A model generated the notes under the pieces. The model searched no databases. It saw only the letters and a list, made by a program, of their open reading frames with translations, and was not told where the DNA came from. 64,000 nt of DNA from a bacterium (GTDB lineage: Bacteria; Patescibacteriota; Minisyncoccia; JAHIHE01; JAGLIN01): NCBI GenBank assembly GCA_030638825.1, contig DAOWDU010000031.1, positions 4,206 to 68,205 of the forward strand. The letters run 5' to 3'. Positions 19,269 to 29,707 of this stretch are shown in pieces (position 1 is the stretch's first letter; each line of letters opens with the position of its first letter). The position numbers were made by a program, and so were the translations under genes.

Positions 19269-19305
19269 ATTTATAGAACTAACAAATAATATTTAATATT
19301 CACTC

Positions 19306-19944
19306 CTATTTCCCAACCACTCTAACCAACACCCCATTATTCCCTGGCACTGCCCCTTTAATTATCAACAAATTTTTCTCTTTGTCAACCTCCACAACTT
19401 CCAATCCCAACTGAGTAGACTGAACTCCGCCCATTCTGCCTGCCATCTTTCTTCCTTTGATGACATGCTCGGGATAAGCGCTCCCAATTGAGCCTGGTTT
19501 TCTGTTGCTGTGTTTTTGTCCATGCGATGCTTGCCCGCATTTGAAACCATGTCTTTTCATCACACCCTGAAATCCTTTCGCTTTTGAAACGCCTGAAATT
19601 TTTATTTTATCACCCGTCTCAAAAACAGAAGCATCTATTTTATCGCCTATTTTATATTCTACTTTTTCTTCTTTATCTTTTCCAACGCCATTTTTGTCTA
19701 ATCTAAATTCTCTCAAATGTCTAAACTTGCCAAGTTCTTTCAAATGTCCAGCTAATGGCTTATTAATTTTCTTCTTTTCTAAAAATCCAATTTGCACCGC
19801 TTTGTAGCCGTCTTTTTTTTCTGCTCTAACTTGGGTCACAACGCACGGTCCAACTTCAATCAAAGTAACAGGCACAACTTTTTTGGCGTCTTCGTTGTCA
19901 ATAAACACTTGACTCATTCCAATTTTCTTCCCAAGAATAAATTT
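19306..19944 (-). CDS. rplC: 50S ribosomal protein L3
   Basis: MKFILGKKIGMSQVF matches the L3 N-terminus, so the start was trimmed. The FQGVMKRHGF region is also present. Confidence 0.9.
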   Translation of the reverse strand, partial: KFILGKKIGMSQVFIDNEDAKKVVPVTLIEVGPCVVTQVRAEKKDGYKAVQIGFLEKKKINKPLAGHLKELGKFRHLREFRLDKNGVGKDKEEKVEYKIGDKIDASVFETGDKIKISGVSKAKGFQGVMKRHGFKCGQASHGQKHSNRKPGSIGSAYPEHVIKGRKMAGRMGGVQSTQLGLEVVEVDKEKNLLIIKGAVPGNNGVLVRVVGK

Positions 19945-20106
19945 CATTTTTTTGATTTTACAAACAAAAAACCGGACATTCAACCAATCACAACCGTTTT
20001 TATCCGATTTATAAATTGGCTAATTCAGTATACTTATTAGCATTTATTACTAGAAATTCTTGTTTTAGAAACCCAGTAATAAGCACTTAAATTAGCGTGA
20101 ATTTTC

Positions 20107-20247
20107 CTGTCATTGCGAGAAGCCCGAATGAGCGTAGCGAAGAGATGGCGACGAAGCAATCCCGTGACTATGCACAAATGGCTTAGTCACAGGATTGCTT
20201 CGTCGGCATTTCTCTCACTTCGTTCGTTTAGCCTCCTCGCAATGACA
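20107..20247. mobile_element. Family-A TIR element copy, between rpsJ and rplC
   Basis: It starts with ctgtcattgcgagaagcc and ends with cctcctcgcaatgaca. Confidence 0.75.
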
Positions 20248-20254
20248 ATTTAAT

Positions 20255-20596
20255 TTACATTTTAATCTCAACAAACACCCCAGCTGGCAGATTCAGATTT
20301 GACATGGCGTCAATTATTTTTGGATTTGGTTCAAGGATATCAATCAATCTCTTATGAACTCTCATTTCATACTGGTCCCGAGAATCTTTATGAACAAAAG
20401 TTGATTTATTGACTGTAAATTTGCTAATCTCTGTCGGCAATGGGACTGGTCCTCTAACTTCAGCGCCACTCCGAAGAGCAGTCTCTACTATTTGCTTAGC
20501 AGACTGGTCAATCACCTTATGATCATACGCCTTAATTTTTATCCGAATCTTCGGTTTAGATTCGTTTTCTTCTTCCTGCTTCTTTACTTCAGTCAT
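20255..20596 (-). CDS. rpsJ: 30S ribosomal protein S10
   Basis: The S10 core [18 protein letters not shown] follows a short acidic N-terminal extension. Confidence 0.9.
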   Translation of the reverse strand: MTEVKKQEEENESKPKIRIKIKAYDHKVIDQSAKQIVETALRSGAEVRGPVPLPTEISKFTVNKSTFVHKDSRDQYEMRVHKRLIDILEPNPKIIDAMSNLNLPAGVFVEIKM

Positions 20597-20631
20597 TTAA
20601 GTTTGTATTTGAAATTAAAATTTTATTGTTA

Positions 20632-21171
20632 TTACATCTTCTTAAGACCCTTTAAACTTACTAATCTTACCGAACCTTCAAAATCGACAGAAGCCATATC
20701 ACCAGACACAGTACTGATTTCTCCTCTACCATGTGCAAAACCAGCTAATTTTTCTCCCAGTTCTTCCATTTTTTCATCAGTTAATTCTACACTATCGCCC
20801 TTTGCAAATTCTTCCTTTATATTTTCTACTTTATCAGATGCAAGTTCTATCTCAACTTCCTCATCAATTTCTCTAGTCGGCCAAAACCCCCCTACAATTT
20901 CTTTATTATCCTTAACTATTTCATCAAATATTTGCTTTGTTTTTATTCCCTGCGTATATAAAACTAACAAAGATCGATCTGGACTCTTTTTATAATTATA
21001 AATTTCATATACTATATCATTCTTTTTCAAATAATCCTCATAAATAGTTAGGTCATCTTTTCCAATTTGCACCATATTTCTACCTTCTAATTCTTTTCCT
21101 GTTATCATATTTTCTCTTTCTTGTTGTTCTTCTACATTATTTAATTTCTCAGGTTGTTCTCCGATTTTCAT
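20632..21171 (-). CDS. Hypothetical acidic protein between tuf and rpsJ
   Basis: Only the ORF supports it. It is 179 aa with no recognised domain. Confidence 0.35.
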   Translation of the reverse strand: MKIGEQPEKLNNVEEQQERENMITGKELEGRNMVQIGKDDLTIYEDYLKKNDIVYEIYNYKKSPDRSLLVLYTQGIKTKQIFDEIVKDNKEIVGGFWPTREIDEEVEIELASDKVENIKEEFAKGDSVELTDEKMEELGEKLAGFAHGRGEISTVSGDMASVDFEGSVRLVSLKGLKKM

Positions 21172-21221
21172 AATTTTTTCTTAAGCAATTTAAAACAAAA
21201 AATAAGAAGAAATAAATCTCC

Positions 21222-22421
21222 TTATTTTATGATCTTCGTCACAACTCCCGCTCCTACTGTTCTGCCGCCTTCTCGGATCGCGAATTTCATACCATCTTCC
21301 ATCGCCACTGACGAAATTAATTTAATTGTTAGTTTTACAGTATCTCCAGGCATAACCATTTCTGTTCCCTCTGGCAAAGCCGCTTCACCAGTTACATCGG
21401 TTGTTCTGATATAAAATTGCGGTTTATAACCTGTGAAAAATGGAGTGTGTCGTCCGCCTTCTTCTTTGGTTAGGATATAAACTTCACCTTCAAATTCGGA
21501 ATGAGGAGTGATAGATCCAGTCGCTGCCAAAACTTGCCCTCTTTCTATTTCTTCTTTTTTAATACCTCTCAACAAAACTCCCGCATTATCTCCCGCTTGC
21601 CCTCTGTCTAACTGTTTGTTGAACATTTCAATTCCAGTGATAACCACTTTTCTAGTATCTTTAATTCCAACTAATTCCACCTCATCATTAAGATTGATAA
21701 TTCCTCTTTCAATTCTTCCAGTCACAACAGTTCCTCTTCCTTCAATTGAAAAAATATCTTCAAGAGGCATCAAAAATGGTTTGTCTACATCTCTCTTCGG
21801 CTCTGGAATTTTTTCATCTAATTTTTTCACTATTTCTAAAACTGGTTTACAAGTTTCACACTCTTCTTTTCCACAACCGCATTCTACAGCCTTAAGAGCA
21901 GAACCTCTCACAATAGCAGTGTTTGCTCCGTCAAATTCGTATTTTGTTAATAGTTCTCTAATTTCCTCCTCAACAAGATCAATTAATTCAGGATCGTCAA
22001 CTTGATCAATTTTATTTATGAAAACAACAATTTCAGGAACACCAACTTGTCTCGCCAATAAAATATGTTCTCTTGTTTGAGGCATAGGACCATCTGTTGC
22101 CGCAACAACTAAAATAGCGCCGTCCATCTGAGCCGCGCCCGTAATCATATTTTTAATATAATCAGCATGTCCAGGACAATCAACATGAGCGTAATGTCTG
22201 TTGTCTGATTCATATTCCTGATGGGAAGTAGCGATTGTAATTCCTCGCTCTTTTTCTTCGGGAGCGTTATCAATATCAGCAACTCCTTTTTTAGAAGCCG
22301 CTTTTCCTGATGCTGCCAAGCACGCCAAAATCGCTGCGGTTAAAGTTGTTTTTCCATGATCAACATGTCCAATTGTTCCGACATTGACATGCGGTTTTGA
22401 TCTGTCAAATAGTTCTGCCAT
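21222..22421 (-). CDS. tuf: Elongation factor Tu
   Basis: The motifs [14 protein letters not shown], and NKID are present. A Cys4 cluster insertion is unusual. Confidence 0.95.
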   Translation of the reverse strand: MAELFDRSKPHVNVGTIGHVDHGKTTLTAAILACLAASGKAASKKGVADIDNAPEEKERGITIATSHQEYESDNRHYAHVDCPGHADYIKNMITGAAQMDGAILVVAATDGPMPQTREHILLARQVGVPEIVVFINKIDQVDDPELIDLVEEEIRELLTKYEFDGANTAIVRGSALKAVECGCGKEECETCKPVLEIVKKLDEKIPEPKRDVDKPFLMPLEDIFSIEGRGTVVTGRIERGIINLNDEVELVGIKDTRKVVITGIEMFNKQLDRGQAGDNAGVLLRGIKKEEIERGQVLAATGSITPHSEFEGEVYILTKEEGGRHTPFFTGYKPQFYIRTTDVTGEAALPEGTEMVMPGDTVKLTIKLISSVAMEDGMKFAIREGGRTVGAGVVTKIIK

Positions 22422-22541
22422 TTTATTTTTCTCCTTTTTTATTAGAACATATAAATTTATTGCTCTAAATAAAATTAATTTTTTAAATTATATACTCAAA
22501 TTTCATTATAATACACTATCATCATTCTTGTCAAATAATTT

Positions 22542-22886
22542 TTACAATTTCTCTATCACTATCTCATCGTCATCAATAGTATCGTCACTATCTTTATCTT
22601 CTAAATCATTCTCTTCTCTAAATTTATTCTCAACCTCAAACTGTCTCACCATTCTCTCGCCCTGTTTATTTTTCCAAACATTAATATCTTTATTCACTCC
22701 CTCTACTCTTGCGGGCAATTCTTTTTTGCTGGGATTATTAATAGTCTTATCTTTCGCATCTTCAAAATCAAGATACTCATCAACATTAATAATTACCATC
22801 GTTGGCTTTCCGTCTTCCACAATAATAACTTTGCCTCCAACGATTTTTATTAATTTCTTAATCTTATCAAAACTGTTTTCTGTCAT
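22542..22886 (-). CDS. Hypothetical acidic protein. Its N-terminus weakly resembles the Phd/YefM antitoxin fold.
   Basis: GGKVIIVEDGKPTMVIINVDEY resembles antitoxin beta-strands, but the support is weak. Confidence 0.3.
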   Translation of the reverse strand: MTENSFDKIKKLIKIVGGKVIIVEDGKPTMVIINVDEYLDFEDAKDKTINNPSKKELPARVEGVNKDINVWKNKQGERMVRQFEVENKFREENDLEDKDSDDTIDDDEIVIEKL

Positions 22887-23062
22887 AGGAATTATTATTT
22901 ATACTATTTTATTTATGTGTGTAGATTAGCATAGATATTTTTTTTGTCAAATAAAAGAGTTGAAACTTATTGAAACTCGTAGAAATTAGTAGAAATTTAT
23001 TGTAGTAATTTACAATTAATTTCCACAAATTTCGCATAGCGAGTTTCCATTAATTTCCTTTT

Positions 23063-23488
23063 TTACAATTTACCCGTACTTCCAAATCCCCCATCCTCTC
23101 GTTCTGTTTTGTTTAAATCTTCCACTTCTTCAATTTCAACTCGTTCTATTTTCTGAATTAAGATCTGCGCTATTTTGGTATTTTTTTCAACTAAATAATC
23201 TTCGTCTCCCAAATTGATTAGAACAATAATTATTTCTCCCCTATAACTTGAGTCAATAACACCAGCCATCGTTTTCATTCCGTGTTTAGTTGCCAAACCG
23301 CTTTTATCCCAGATAAGCCCGACATAACCGCTTGGAATTTCCATTTTTATACCAGTTAAAAATCCTTTTCGTTCTCCTGATTTCAAATTATAACCTTCCT
23401 CCGCTGAATAAATATCAAGTCCTGCGTCGCCTTCGTGCGCATAATTCGGAGTTTTTACTTCTTTAATTTTCTGGATTTTTATTTTCAT
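23063..23488 (-). CDS. dut: dUTP diphosphatase
   Basis: The dUTPase motifs AGLDIY, IPSGYVGLIWDKSGLA, and GVIDSSYRGEI are present. Confidence 0.85.
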   Translation of the reverse strand: MKIKIQKIKEVKTPNYAHEGDAGLDIYSAEEGYNLKSGERKGFLTGIKMEIPSGYVGLIWDKSGLATKHGMKTMAGVIDSSYRGEIIIVLINLGDEDYLVEKNTKIAQILIQKIERVEIEEVEDLNKTEREDGGFGSTGKL

Positions 23489-23498
23489 ACATATAAAT

Positions 23499-23638
23499 TG
23501 TCATTGCGAGGAATGAAGTTGAGCGATAGCGAAACGGAATGACGAAGCAATCCCGTAACTATGTCTAGTGAATTTAATCACGGGATTGCTTCGTCGCCTT
23601 CTCTTCGCTACGCTCATTCGGGCTCCTCGCAATGACAG
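23499..23638. mobile_element. Family-A TIR element copy, between fusA and dut
   Basis: It runs from ttgtcattgcgaggaatgaagttgagcg to ggctcctcgcaatgacag. Confidence 0.75.
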
Positions 23639-23645
23639 TAATAAT

Positions 23646-25721
23646 TTATTTCTTCTCCCTCTCTCCAATAATCCCTTCCGCCACATTCTTTGGAATTTCC
23701 TGATAGTGATCAAATTCCATTGAATAATTTCCACGACCTTGAGTCATAGATCTTAATTGTGTTGCGTAACCGAACATAGAAGAGAGAGGCACTAAAGCGC
23801 TCACGACTTTTGCTTGTCCGCGTTCGCTCATATTTTCAATCTGACCGCGTTTAGAGCTTAGATCACCGACGACATCTCCCATAAATTGTTCAGGGGTTAT
23901 GGTCTCCACTTTCATAATCGGTTCCAGTAAAACAGGCTCTGATTTTTTGAAAGCGTCTTGAAAAGCGAGCGATCCCGCAATCTTGAAAGCGGATTCTGAG
24001 GAGTCAACATCGTGATACGAACCATCATAAAGCGTGACTTTAACATCAACAACGGGATAGCCAGCGATGACGCCTTTCGCCATTGCTTCTTCAACTCCTT
24101 TTTGGGTAGGCTTGATATATTCCTGAGGAACAGCGCCGCCTTTGATTTCGTTCACAAATTCAAATTCGCTTCCGCGTTCCTGCGGTTCAATTCTCAACCA
24201 AACATGCCCATATTGTCCGCGTCCTCCCGATTGGCGGATATATTTTCCTTCCGCCTGCGCCGAGTCTTTGATTGTTTCTCGATACGCTACTCTCGGTTTT
24301 CCAATATTCGCTTCCACTTTCATTTCGCGAACCATTCTGTCTATTAAAACTTCCAAGTGAAGTTCTCCCATTCCTGAAATAATTGTCTGTCCTGTTTCTT
24401 CGTCTGTTCTAATTTGGAAAGTCGGATCTTCGTCAGAAAGTTTTTTGAGAGCCATTCCCATTTTTTCCTGATCCGCTTTTGTCTTTGGTTCAATAGCGAT
24501 AGAAATAACTGGCTCCGGAAAAGTAATCTGCTCTAAAATAATCGGATGTTTTTCATCGCACAAAGTATTTCCTGTTGTTGTATTTTTCAATCCAACCGTT
24601 GCTGCGATATCGCCAGCATAAATCACATCAACATCCTCGCGATGATTAGCATGCATTCTTAAAATCCTCCCAATTCTTTCTTTCTTGCCTGTAATGGAAT
24701 TAAGAACGTAAGAACCAGCTTTTAATGTTCCAGAATAAACTCTAAAAAACGCTAACTGTCCAACAAAAGGATCAGCGGCGATTTTAAAAGCCAAAACCGC
24801 TAACGGTTCTTCGTCATCTGTTTTTCTCGTTACTTCCTCTTCGGTATTTGGATTAATTCCGACAATTGACGGAACATCTAATGGTGAAGGAAGATAATCT
24901 ATCACCGCGTCTAAAACTATTTGGACGCCTTTATTTTTCAAAGCTGTTCCCGTCATTACGGGAAAAATTTTATTCTCCGCAGTCGCTTTTCTAATTCCCT
25001 CTTTTAATTCTTCTTGAGTTATTTCCTCGCTCGCTAAATATTTTTCCATCAACTCGTCATCATTCTCCACAATTTTTTCCACCATTTCGCTTCTCCATTC
25101 TTCAACTTTTTCTTTCATCTCTTCGGGAACATCTTTTTCAACAACCTTCTCTCCATGTTCGCCTTCAAAATAATACGCTTTCTTGCTAACGAGATTTATC
25201 ACTCCTTCAAAATTTTCTTCCGCGCCGATTGGCAACTGAATTGCCACAGCGTTTTTATTGAGACGATCAATAATAGATCGGAAGCTTTTATAAAAATCAG
25301 CGCCCATTCGGTCCATCTTATTGATAAAACAAATTCGCGGCACTTTATATTTATCCGCCTGATGCCAAACAGTTTCGCTCTGTGATTCCACTCCAGCGAC
25401 GCCGTCAAAAACAACAACGCCTCCGTCTAAAACTCGCAAACTTCTTTCCACTTCCGCGGTAAAATCAACATGTCCAGGGGTGTCAATTATATTAATCTGA
25501 TAATCTTTCCAAATACAAGTCGTCGCAGCGGAGGTAATTGTAATCCCTCTTTCCTGTTCCTGTTCCATCCAATCCATCGTCGCTTCACCGTCATGAACTT
25601 CGCCGATTTTATGGCTAATTCCCGTATAAAACAAAATTCGCTCGGTGACTGTTGTCTTCCCGGCGTCTATATGCGCAATAATTCCAATATTGCGGATCTT
25701 TTCTATGGGGTATTTTCTCAT
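23646..25721 (-). CDS. fusA: Elongation factor G
   Basis: The GTPase motifs AHIDAGKTT and DTPGHVDF are present and the length is 691 aa. Confidence 0.95.
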   Translation of the reverse strand: MRKYPIEKIRNIGIIAHIDAGKTTVTERILFYTGISHKIGEVHDGEATMDWMEQEQERGITITSAATTCIWKDYQINIIDTPGHVDFTAEVERSLRVLDGGVVVFDGVAGVESQSETVWHQADKYKVPRICFINKMDRMGADFYKSFRSIIDRLNKNAVAIQLPIGAEENFEGVINLVSKKAYYFEGEHGEKVVEKDVPEEMKEKVEEWRSEMVEKIVENDDELMEKYLASEEITQEELKEGIRKATAENKIFPVMTGTALKNKGVQIVLDAVIDYLPSPLDVPSIVGINPNTEEEVTRKTDDEEPLAVLAFKIAADPFVGQLAFFRVYSGTLKAGSYVLNSITGKKERIGRILRMHANHREDVDVIYAGDIAATVGLKNTTTGNTLCDEKHPIILEQITFPEPVISIAIEPKTKADQEKMGMALKKLSDEDPTFQIRTDEETGQTIISGMGELHLEVLIDRMVREMKVEANIGKPRVAYRETIKDSAQAEGKYIRQSGGRGQYGHVWLRIEPQERGSEFEFVNEIKGGAVPQEYIKPTQKGVEEAMAKGVIAGYPVVDVKVTLYDGSYHDVDSSESAFKIAGSLAFQDAFKKSEPVLLEPIMKVETITPEQFMGDVVGDLSSKRGQIENMSERGQAKVVSALVPLSSMFGYATQLRSMTQGRGNYSMEFDHYQEIPKNVAEGIIGEREKK

Positions 25722-25812
25722 AAGAGTTCGTTATAGTTAAAAGTTTGTAAAGTTATAAAGTTATTTTATTTTTGGAGTTCAGGTTTTAACCTGCAAGAAA
25801 TTTCTTTCACTT

Positions 25813-25843
25813 CCCTTATACTAATACAAATCAAAAAAATGTC
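25813..25843 (-). promoter_or_regulatory. Putative sigma70-like promoter for fusA (TTGACA-19-TATAAG on the minus strand)
   Basis: Seen by eye in the reverse complement. The 19-nt spacing is slightly long. Confidence 0.3.
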
Positions 25844-25865
25844 AATCAATTATTCCCGCAAATAA

Positions 25866-25900
25866 TTGACAAGAATGAATTTGTTATTTAGGATGAAAAA
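25866..25900 (+). promoter_or_regulatory. Putative promoter for the small Cys-rich ORF (TTGACA-17-TAGGAT)
   Basis: The -35 hexamer TTGACA lies at 25866-25871, followed by a 17-nt spacer and a TANNNT -10 hexamer. Confidence 0.4.
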
Positions 25901-25930
25901 GCTTTTAAAATTAAAAGTAGGTGTTTATTA

Positions 25931-26107
25931 GTGAAAAATATAAAAGAAGCAGAAGCGATTGGATGCAATGATACCGAGTTGTGCATAAAAGGAAAAGGAT
26001 ATCCAGGAATGGAATCAAAAGGAGAAAATAATATCGGGGAATGGTGCCATAAGGGGAAAAGAAGCTGCGGTTTCTTAGTCTGGAAACGAAATACTTCTAA
26101 AAGATAA
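25931..26107 (+). CDS. Small basic Cys-containing protein (58 aa; GTG start); function unknown
   Basis: An AGGTG RBS lies 7 nt upstream of the GTG. Four Cys fall in two C-x5-C pairs. A terminator hairpin follows. The ORF is below the size cutoff of the ORF track. Confidence 0.4.
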   Translation: MKNIKEAEAIGCNDTELCIKGKGYPGMESKGENNIGEWCHKGKRSCGFLVWKRNTSKR

Positions 26108-26118
26108 ACAAACAGTAT

Positions 26119-26147
26119 GTCAGCTAAACAGAGCTGACTCTTTTTTT
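26119..26147 (+). terminator. Rho-independent terminator (gtcagct-aaacag-agctgac followed by a T-run)
   Basis: A perfect 7-bp stem is followed by TCTTTTTTT. Confidence 0.6.
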
Positions 26148-28440
26148 ATTCCAAAACCGCCTTAATCCTTCTTACACCAGAACTTGAAGACTGCTCTTTT
26201 TTAATTCTAAACTTCCCCAGTTCAGAAGTATTCTTGATATGCGGACCCCCGCAAATTTCTTTACTGAAAATATTATCGCCTTTTCCAATTGTATAAACTT
26301 TCACTTTCTCCCCATATTTATTTTCAAAAACCCCCATCGCGTTTATTTTCTTCGCTTCTTTTAGGCTCATCTCCTCGCAATTTACTGCGAGCTTTTTTTG
26401 AATTTGTTTATTAACTAAATCTTCAACTTTTTGTTTTTCTTCATCCGTCAATTTTTCCGAATGCGAAAAATCAAACCTCAATCTTTCGGCATTGATATTA
26501 CTCCCTTTTTGAAAAATATGATCGCCCAAAACTCGCCGTAAAGATTCTAATAATAGATGCGCTACAGTGTGTAATTTAACTGTCTCTTCTCCTGTATCCG
26601 CTAATCCTCCTTTGAATTTTCCAGCGGAAGCGGTGCGAGAGAGTTGTTGGTGTTTTTTAAGTTCTTCATTAAATCCTTCTTCATCAACGGACCATCCTTT
26701 TTCTTTAGTTAATTCTTCTATCATTTCAATTGGAAAACCATAGCTTTGATATAAATTAAAAACGGTTTTTCCATTTACTGTAATACTCTTTAATGCCATC
26801 TTTGATTTACTTTTAATAAAATCAACAAATTTATCGTCTGTTTTTATTTCTGAATGATCTTGTTTATTTATTGGCACTATTGGACTAATTTTTGATTTTA
26901 AATTTATATCGTAATATTTAAAAATTTCCTTAAGAGAATCTGTAATTACTAAATACTGCTCTATAGAATATCTAAATTCTAATAAATGCATATTTTCTTT
27001 AGATGGGTTTCTCAATAAAAATTCTATATTTTTAATATCTTCTTCAATATCATTAAATATTTTTAGTCCTCTTTTTAATGCTTTAACAAATCTTTCTTCT
27101 TCTTTTACCATCTCTTCTTGAATTAATTCGTTATTCTCTTTTAGTGTAGGATATCTATCTTTATAAATATCTATTATTTCTTTCGCAATTAAAAAAGTAA
27201 AATGAGATTCTTTTATTTTAATCATTTTAGCATAGCGAATCGCCCGCCTAATTAAACGCCTTAGAACATAACCTCTTTCAAGATTAGACGGTATTACTCC
27301 ATCAGAAATCATAAACACAGATGTTCTTATATGATCGGCTATTATCCTAAAAGCTTTTGGATTATTTTCGTAATTAGTCCCGCTATTTAAAAATTCTTCT
27401 TCTGTTTCGGAAGGCTTTAGTGTTAATCTTTCAATTTTTTCTATAATCGGCGCCAACACATCCGTTTCATAAACATTATCAAACCCATTCAAAACTGCTA
27501 AGGTCCTCTCCAGCCCCATCCCCGTATCAACATTCTTGTTTGGTAAACTTTCTAATATTTTTATATTATTACCTAAAAATTCATATTTTTCCCTCTCTTC
27601 GTCCTCAAAAAAATCGTATTCTCTTTTTGGCAACTCTATAATTTTTCCTGTTGATTTTTCTTTCAACTCTACAATTCTTAATCCTTTCTTATCCATAAAA
27701 ACATTGTTCCAAATTTCAACATATCTTCCACAACTACATCCTGGTTTACAATTACTATTACTTGGACATTTTTCAAAATTTACTGGCTTTTCTAAATCAA
27801 TAAAAATTTCCGTATCTGATCCACAAGCTCCTTCATCTCCTGCAGGACCCCACCAATTATCTTTTTTCGGCAAAGGAAAAATTCTCGCGGTTTCATTATT
27901 CTTTTTTTGTTTATCATAAACTTCAACAGAAATTCCTGATTTTTCAAAACACTTTTGCCAAACTTTAATTGACTCTTTATCTCTTGGCGCGTCATTATCT
28001 CCCTCAAAAACCGTCACTTTTATTTTTTCCGGATCAATCCCTAGCCATTTTTTATCCGTCAAAAACTCCCAGCTCCATTTAATTGAATCTTCTTTGAAAT
28101 AATCTCCCAGCGACCAATTGCCCAGCATTTCAAAAAAAGTATTATGCGTGCTATCGCCGACATCGTCTATATCTCCTGTCCTCACGCATTTTTGAATATT
28201 AACAATTCGTTTCCCCGCTGGATGATTTTCGCCCATTAAATATGGCACCAACGGATGCATTCCCGCAGTCGTAAAAAGAACAGTTGAATCATTCTCTGGC
28301 ACCAACGAAGCCGAAGGAATTTCTTTGTGTCCTTTTGATTTAAAAAACTCTATATATTTTTCGCGTAGTTCTTTAGAAATCATAAATTGGATTATTTTCT
28401 CATAAAAAGACATTATAGCAAATTCTTTGAATTTAATCAA
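26146..28440 (-). CDS. alaS: Alanyl-tRNA synthetase (short form lacking the C-Ala domain)
   Basis: The class II AlaRS motifs FTTAGMHPLVPY and the editing-domain region are present. The length is 764 aa. Confidence 0.9.
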   Translation of the reverse strand: MIKFKEFAIMSFYEKIIQFMISKELREKYIEFFKSKGHKEIPSASLVPENDSTVLFTTAGMHPLVPYLMGENHPAGKRIVNIQKCVRTGDIDDVGDSTHNTFFEMLGNWSLGDYFKEDSIKWSWEFLTDKKWLGIDPEKIKVTVFEGDNDAPRDKESIKVWQKCFEKSGISVEVYDKQKKNNETARIFPLPKKDNWWGPAGDEGACGSDTEIFIDLEKPVNFEKCPSNSNCKPGCSCGRYVEIWNNVFMDKKGLRIVELKEKSTGKIIELPKREYDFFEDEEREKYEFLGNNIKILESLPNKNVDTGMGLERTLAVLNGFDNVYETDVLAPIIEKIERLTLKPSETEEEFLNSGTNYENNPKAFRIIADHIRTSVFMISDGVIPSNLERGYVLRRLIRRAIRYAKMIKIKESHFTFLIAKEIIDIYKDRYPTLKENNELIQEEMVKEEERFVKALKRGLKIFNDIEEDIKNIEFLLRNPSKENMHLLEFRYSIEQYLVITDSLKEIFKYYDINLKSKISPIVPINKQDHSEIKTDDKFVDFIKSKSKMALKSITVNGKTVFNLYQSYGFPIEMIEELTKEKGWSVDEEGFNEELKKHQQLSRTASAGKFKGGLADTGEETVKLHTVAHLLLESLRRVLGDHIFQKGSNINAERLRFDFSHSEKLTDEEKQKVEDLVNKQIQKKLAVNCEEMSLKEAKKINAMGVFENKYGEKVKVYTIGKGDNIFSKEICGGPHIKNTSELGKFRIKKEQSSSSGVRRIKAVLE

Positions 28441-28499
28441 AATTTATTTTAAAATTTGTTTAAATGTTTATATGTTTTAATGGTTAAATGAAACTCCTC

Positions 28500-28528
28500 T
28501 TGACATTTTTAAAATAATAGCATAGAAT
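28500..28528 (+). promoter_or_regulatory. Putative sigma70 promoter of the atp operon (TTGACA-17-TAGAAT)
   Basis: There is a perfect -35 hexamer, a 17-nt spacer and a good -10 hexamer, about 55 nt upstream of atpB. Confidence 0.55.
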
Positions 28529-28585
28529 TGCGTTGTTGAAGGAGGATTAACAATAAGAGGCTAATCTCAGTTTTATTTTACGCTA

Positions 28586-29326
28586 ATGCATGTTTCAATA
28601 AGTCCCGAAATTATTACGACCGTTTTTGGAATTCCAATTACAAATACACTCATAACTTCAGTAATAGCAACCGCGGTTTTGTTGATAATCGCCTATTTTG
28701 CGACAAAAAGAATGAGAGAAGTTCCAAGCGGATTGCAAAATTTATTTGAAGCGATTATTGAAGCGCTTTTCAAAATGATAGATGGCGTTACGAGAGACAG
28801 AAAACAAACTTACCAATTTTTTCCTCTTGTCACAACAATTTTTATTTTCATAATTCTTTCCAATTGGCTCGGACTCGTCCCTGGATTCGGCTCAATTGGT
28901 TTTTTTGAAACAGCGCGCGAGGGCGGACATTCTTCATTTGTTCCTTTACTCAGATCTGCGAATAGCGATTTAAATACAACTTTAGCATTGGCAATTGTTT
29001 CAGTTTTTGCCACCCAAGTTTTTGGAATTGCCGCCCTGGGAATTTGGAAATATGGAAAGAAATTTATAAATTTCAGTTCGCCGATAACTTTTTTTGTCGG
29101 CATACTGGAACTTGTAAGCGAGGTCGCAAAAATGATTTCTTTCTCGTTCAGGCTTTTTGGAAATGTTTTCGCGGGAGAAGTTTTACTCATTGTAATAATG
29201 ACGCTTGTGCCATTTATCGCTCCCCTGCCATTCTTTGCTTTAGAATTATTTGTTGGGTTTGTGCAAGCATTAGTATTTGCAATGCTGACAACAGTCTTTT
29301 TAAAAATGGCAGTCACGGCGCATTAG
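28586..29326 (+). CDS. atpB: F0F1 ATP synthase subunit a
   Basis: The conserved Arg helix motif FRLFGNVFAGE is present. Confidence 0.9.
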   Translation: MHVSISPEIITTVFGIPITNTLITSVIATAVLLIIAYFATKRMREVPSGLQNLFEAIIEALFKMIDGVTRDRKQTYQFFPLVTTIFIFIILSNWLGLVPGFGSIGFFETAREGGHSSFVPLLRSANSDLNTTLALAIVSVFATQVFGIAALGIWKYGKKFINFSSPITFFVGILELVSEVAKMISFSFRLFGNVFAGEVLLIVIMTLVPFIAPLPFFALELFVGFVQALVFAMLTTVFLKMAVTAH

Positions 29327-29336
29327 CATGTGTTTT

Positions 29337-29399
29337 GGAGCGAGGGCTTCAGCCCGATAGTTTAAAATTTTTAGACTTTCGGGCTGAAGCCCTTGCTCC
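29337..29399. repeat. Family-B hairpin element copy (ggagcgagggcttcagcccgatag...cgggctgaagcccttgctcc)
   Basis: It is an inverted repeat lying between atpB and atpE. Confidence 0.75.
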
Positions 29400-29435
29400 A
29401 AAAAACATATAACTTTTAATTTCTAACAAAAAACT

Positions 29436-29669
29436 ATGCTCCTAGAAAAAGATTCAGTCCAGCTTCTTGCCGCAGCGTTAGCTATTGGAGTTGGTTCTAT
29501 CGGACCAGCGATCGCGATTGGAATGCTTGGCGGAAAAGCAATGGAAGCTATCGGGAGAAATCCTGAAGCAGCCAGCAAAATCCAAAGCGCGATGATCCTG
29601 GCAATCGCCTTCGCCGAAGCAATCGCGATTTACGCATTGGTAGTTGCTTTGATTATTAAATTTGTGTAA
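29436..29669 (+). CDS. atpE: F0F1 ATP synthase subunit c
   Basis: It is a 77-aa hairpin proteolipid containing the acidic residue motif AFAEA. Confidence 0.9.
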   Translation: MLLEKDSVQLLAAALAIGVGSIGPAIAIGMLGGKAMEAIGRNPEAASKIQSAMILAIAFAEAIAIYALVVALIIKFV

Positions 29670-29707
29670 GTAAAATTTAAGGGGAGATTTTTGTCTCCCC
29701 TTTTTGA

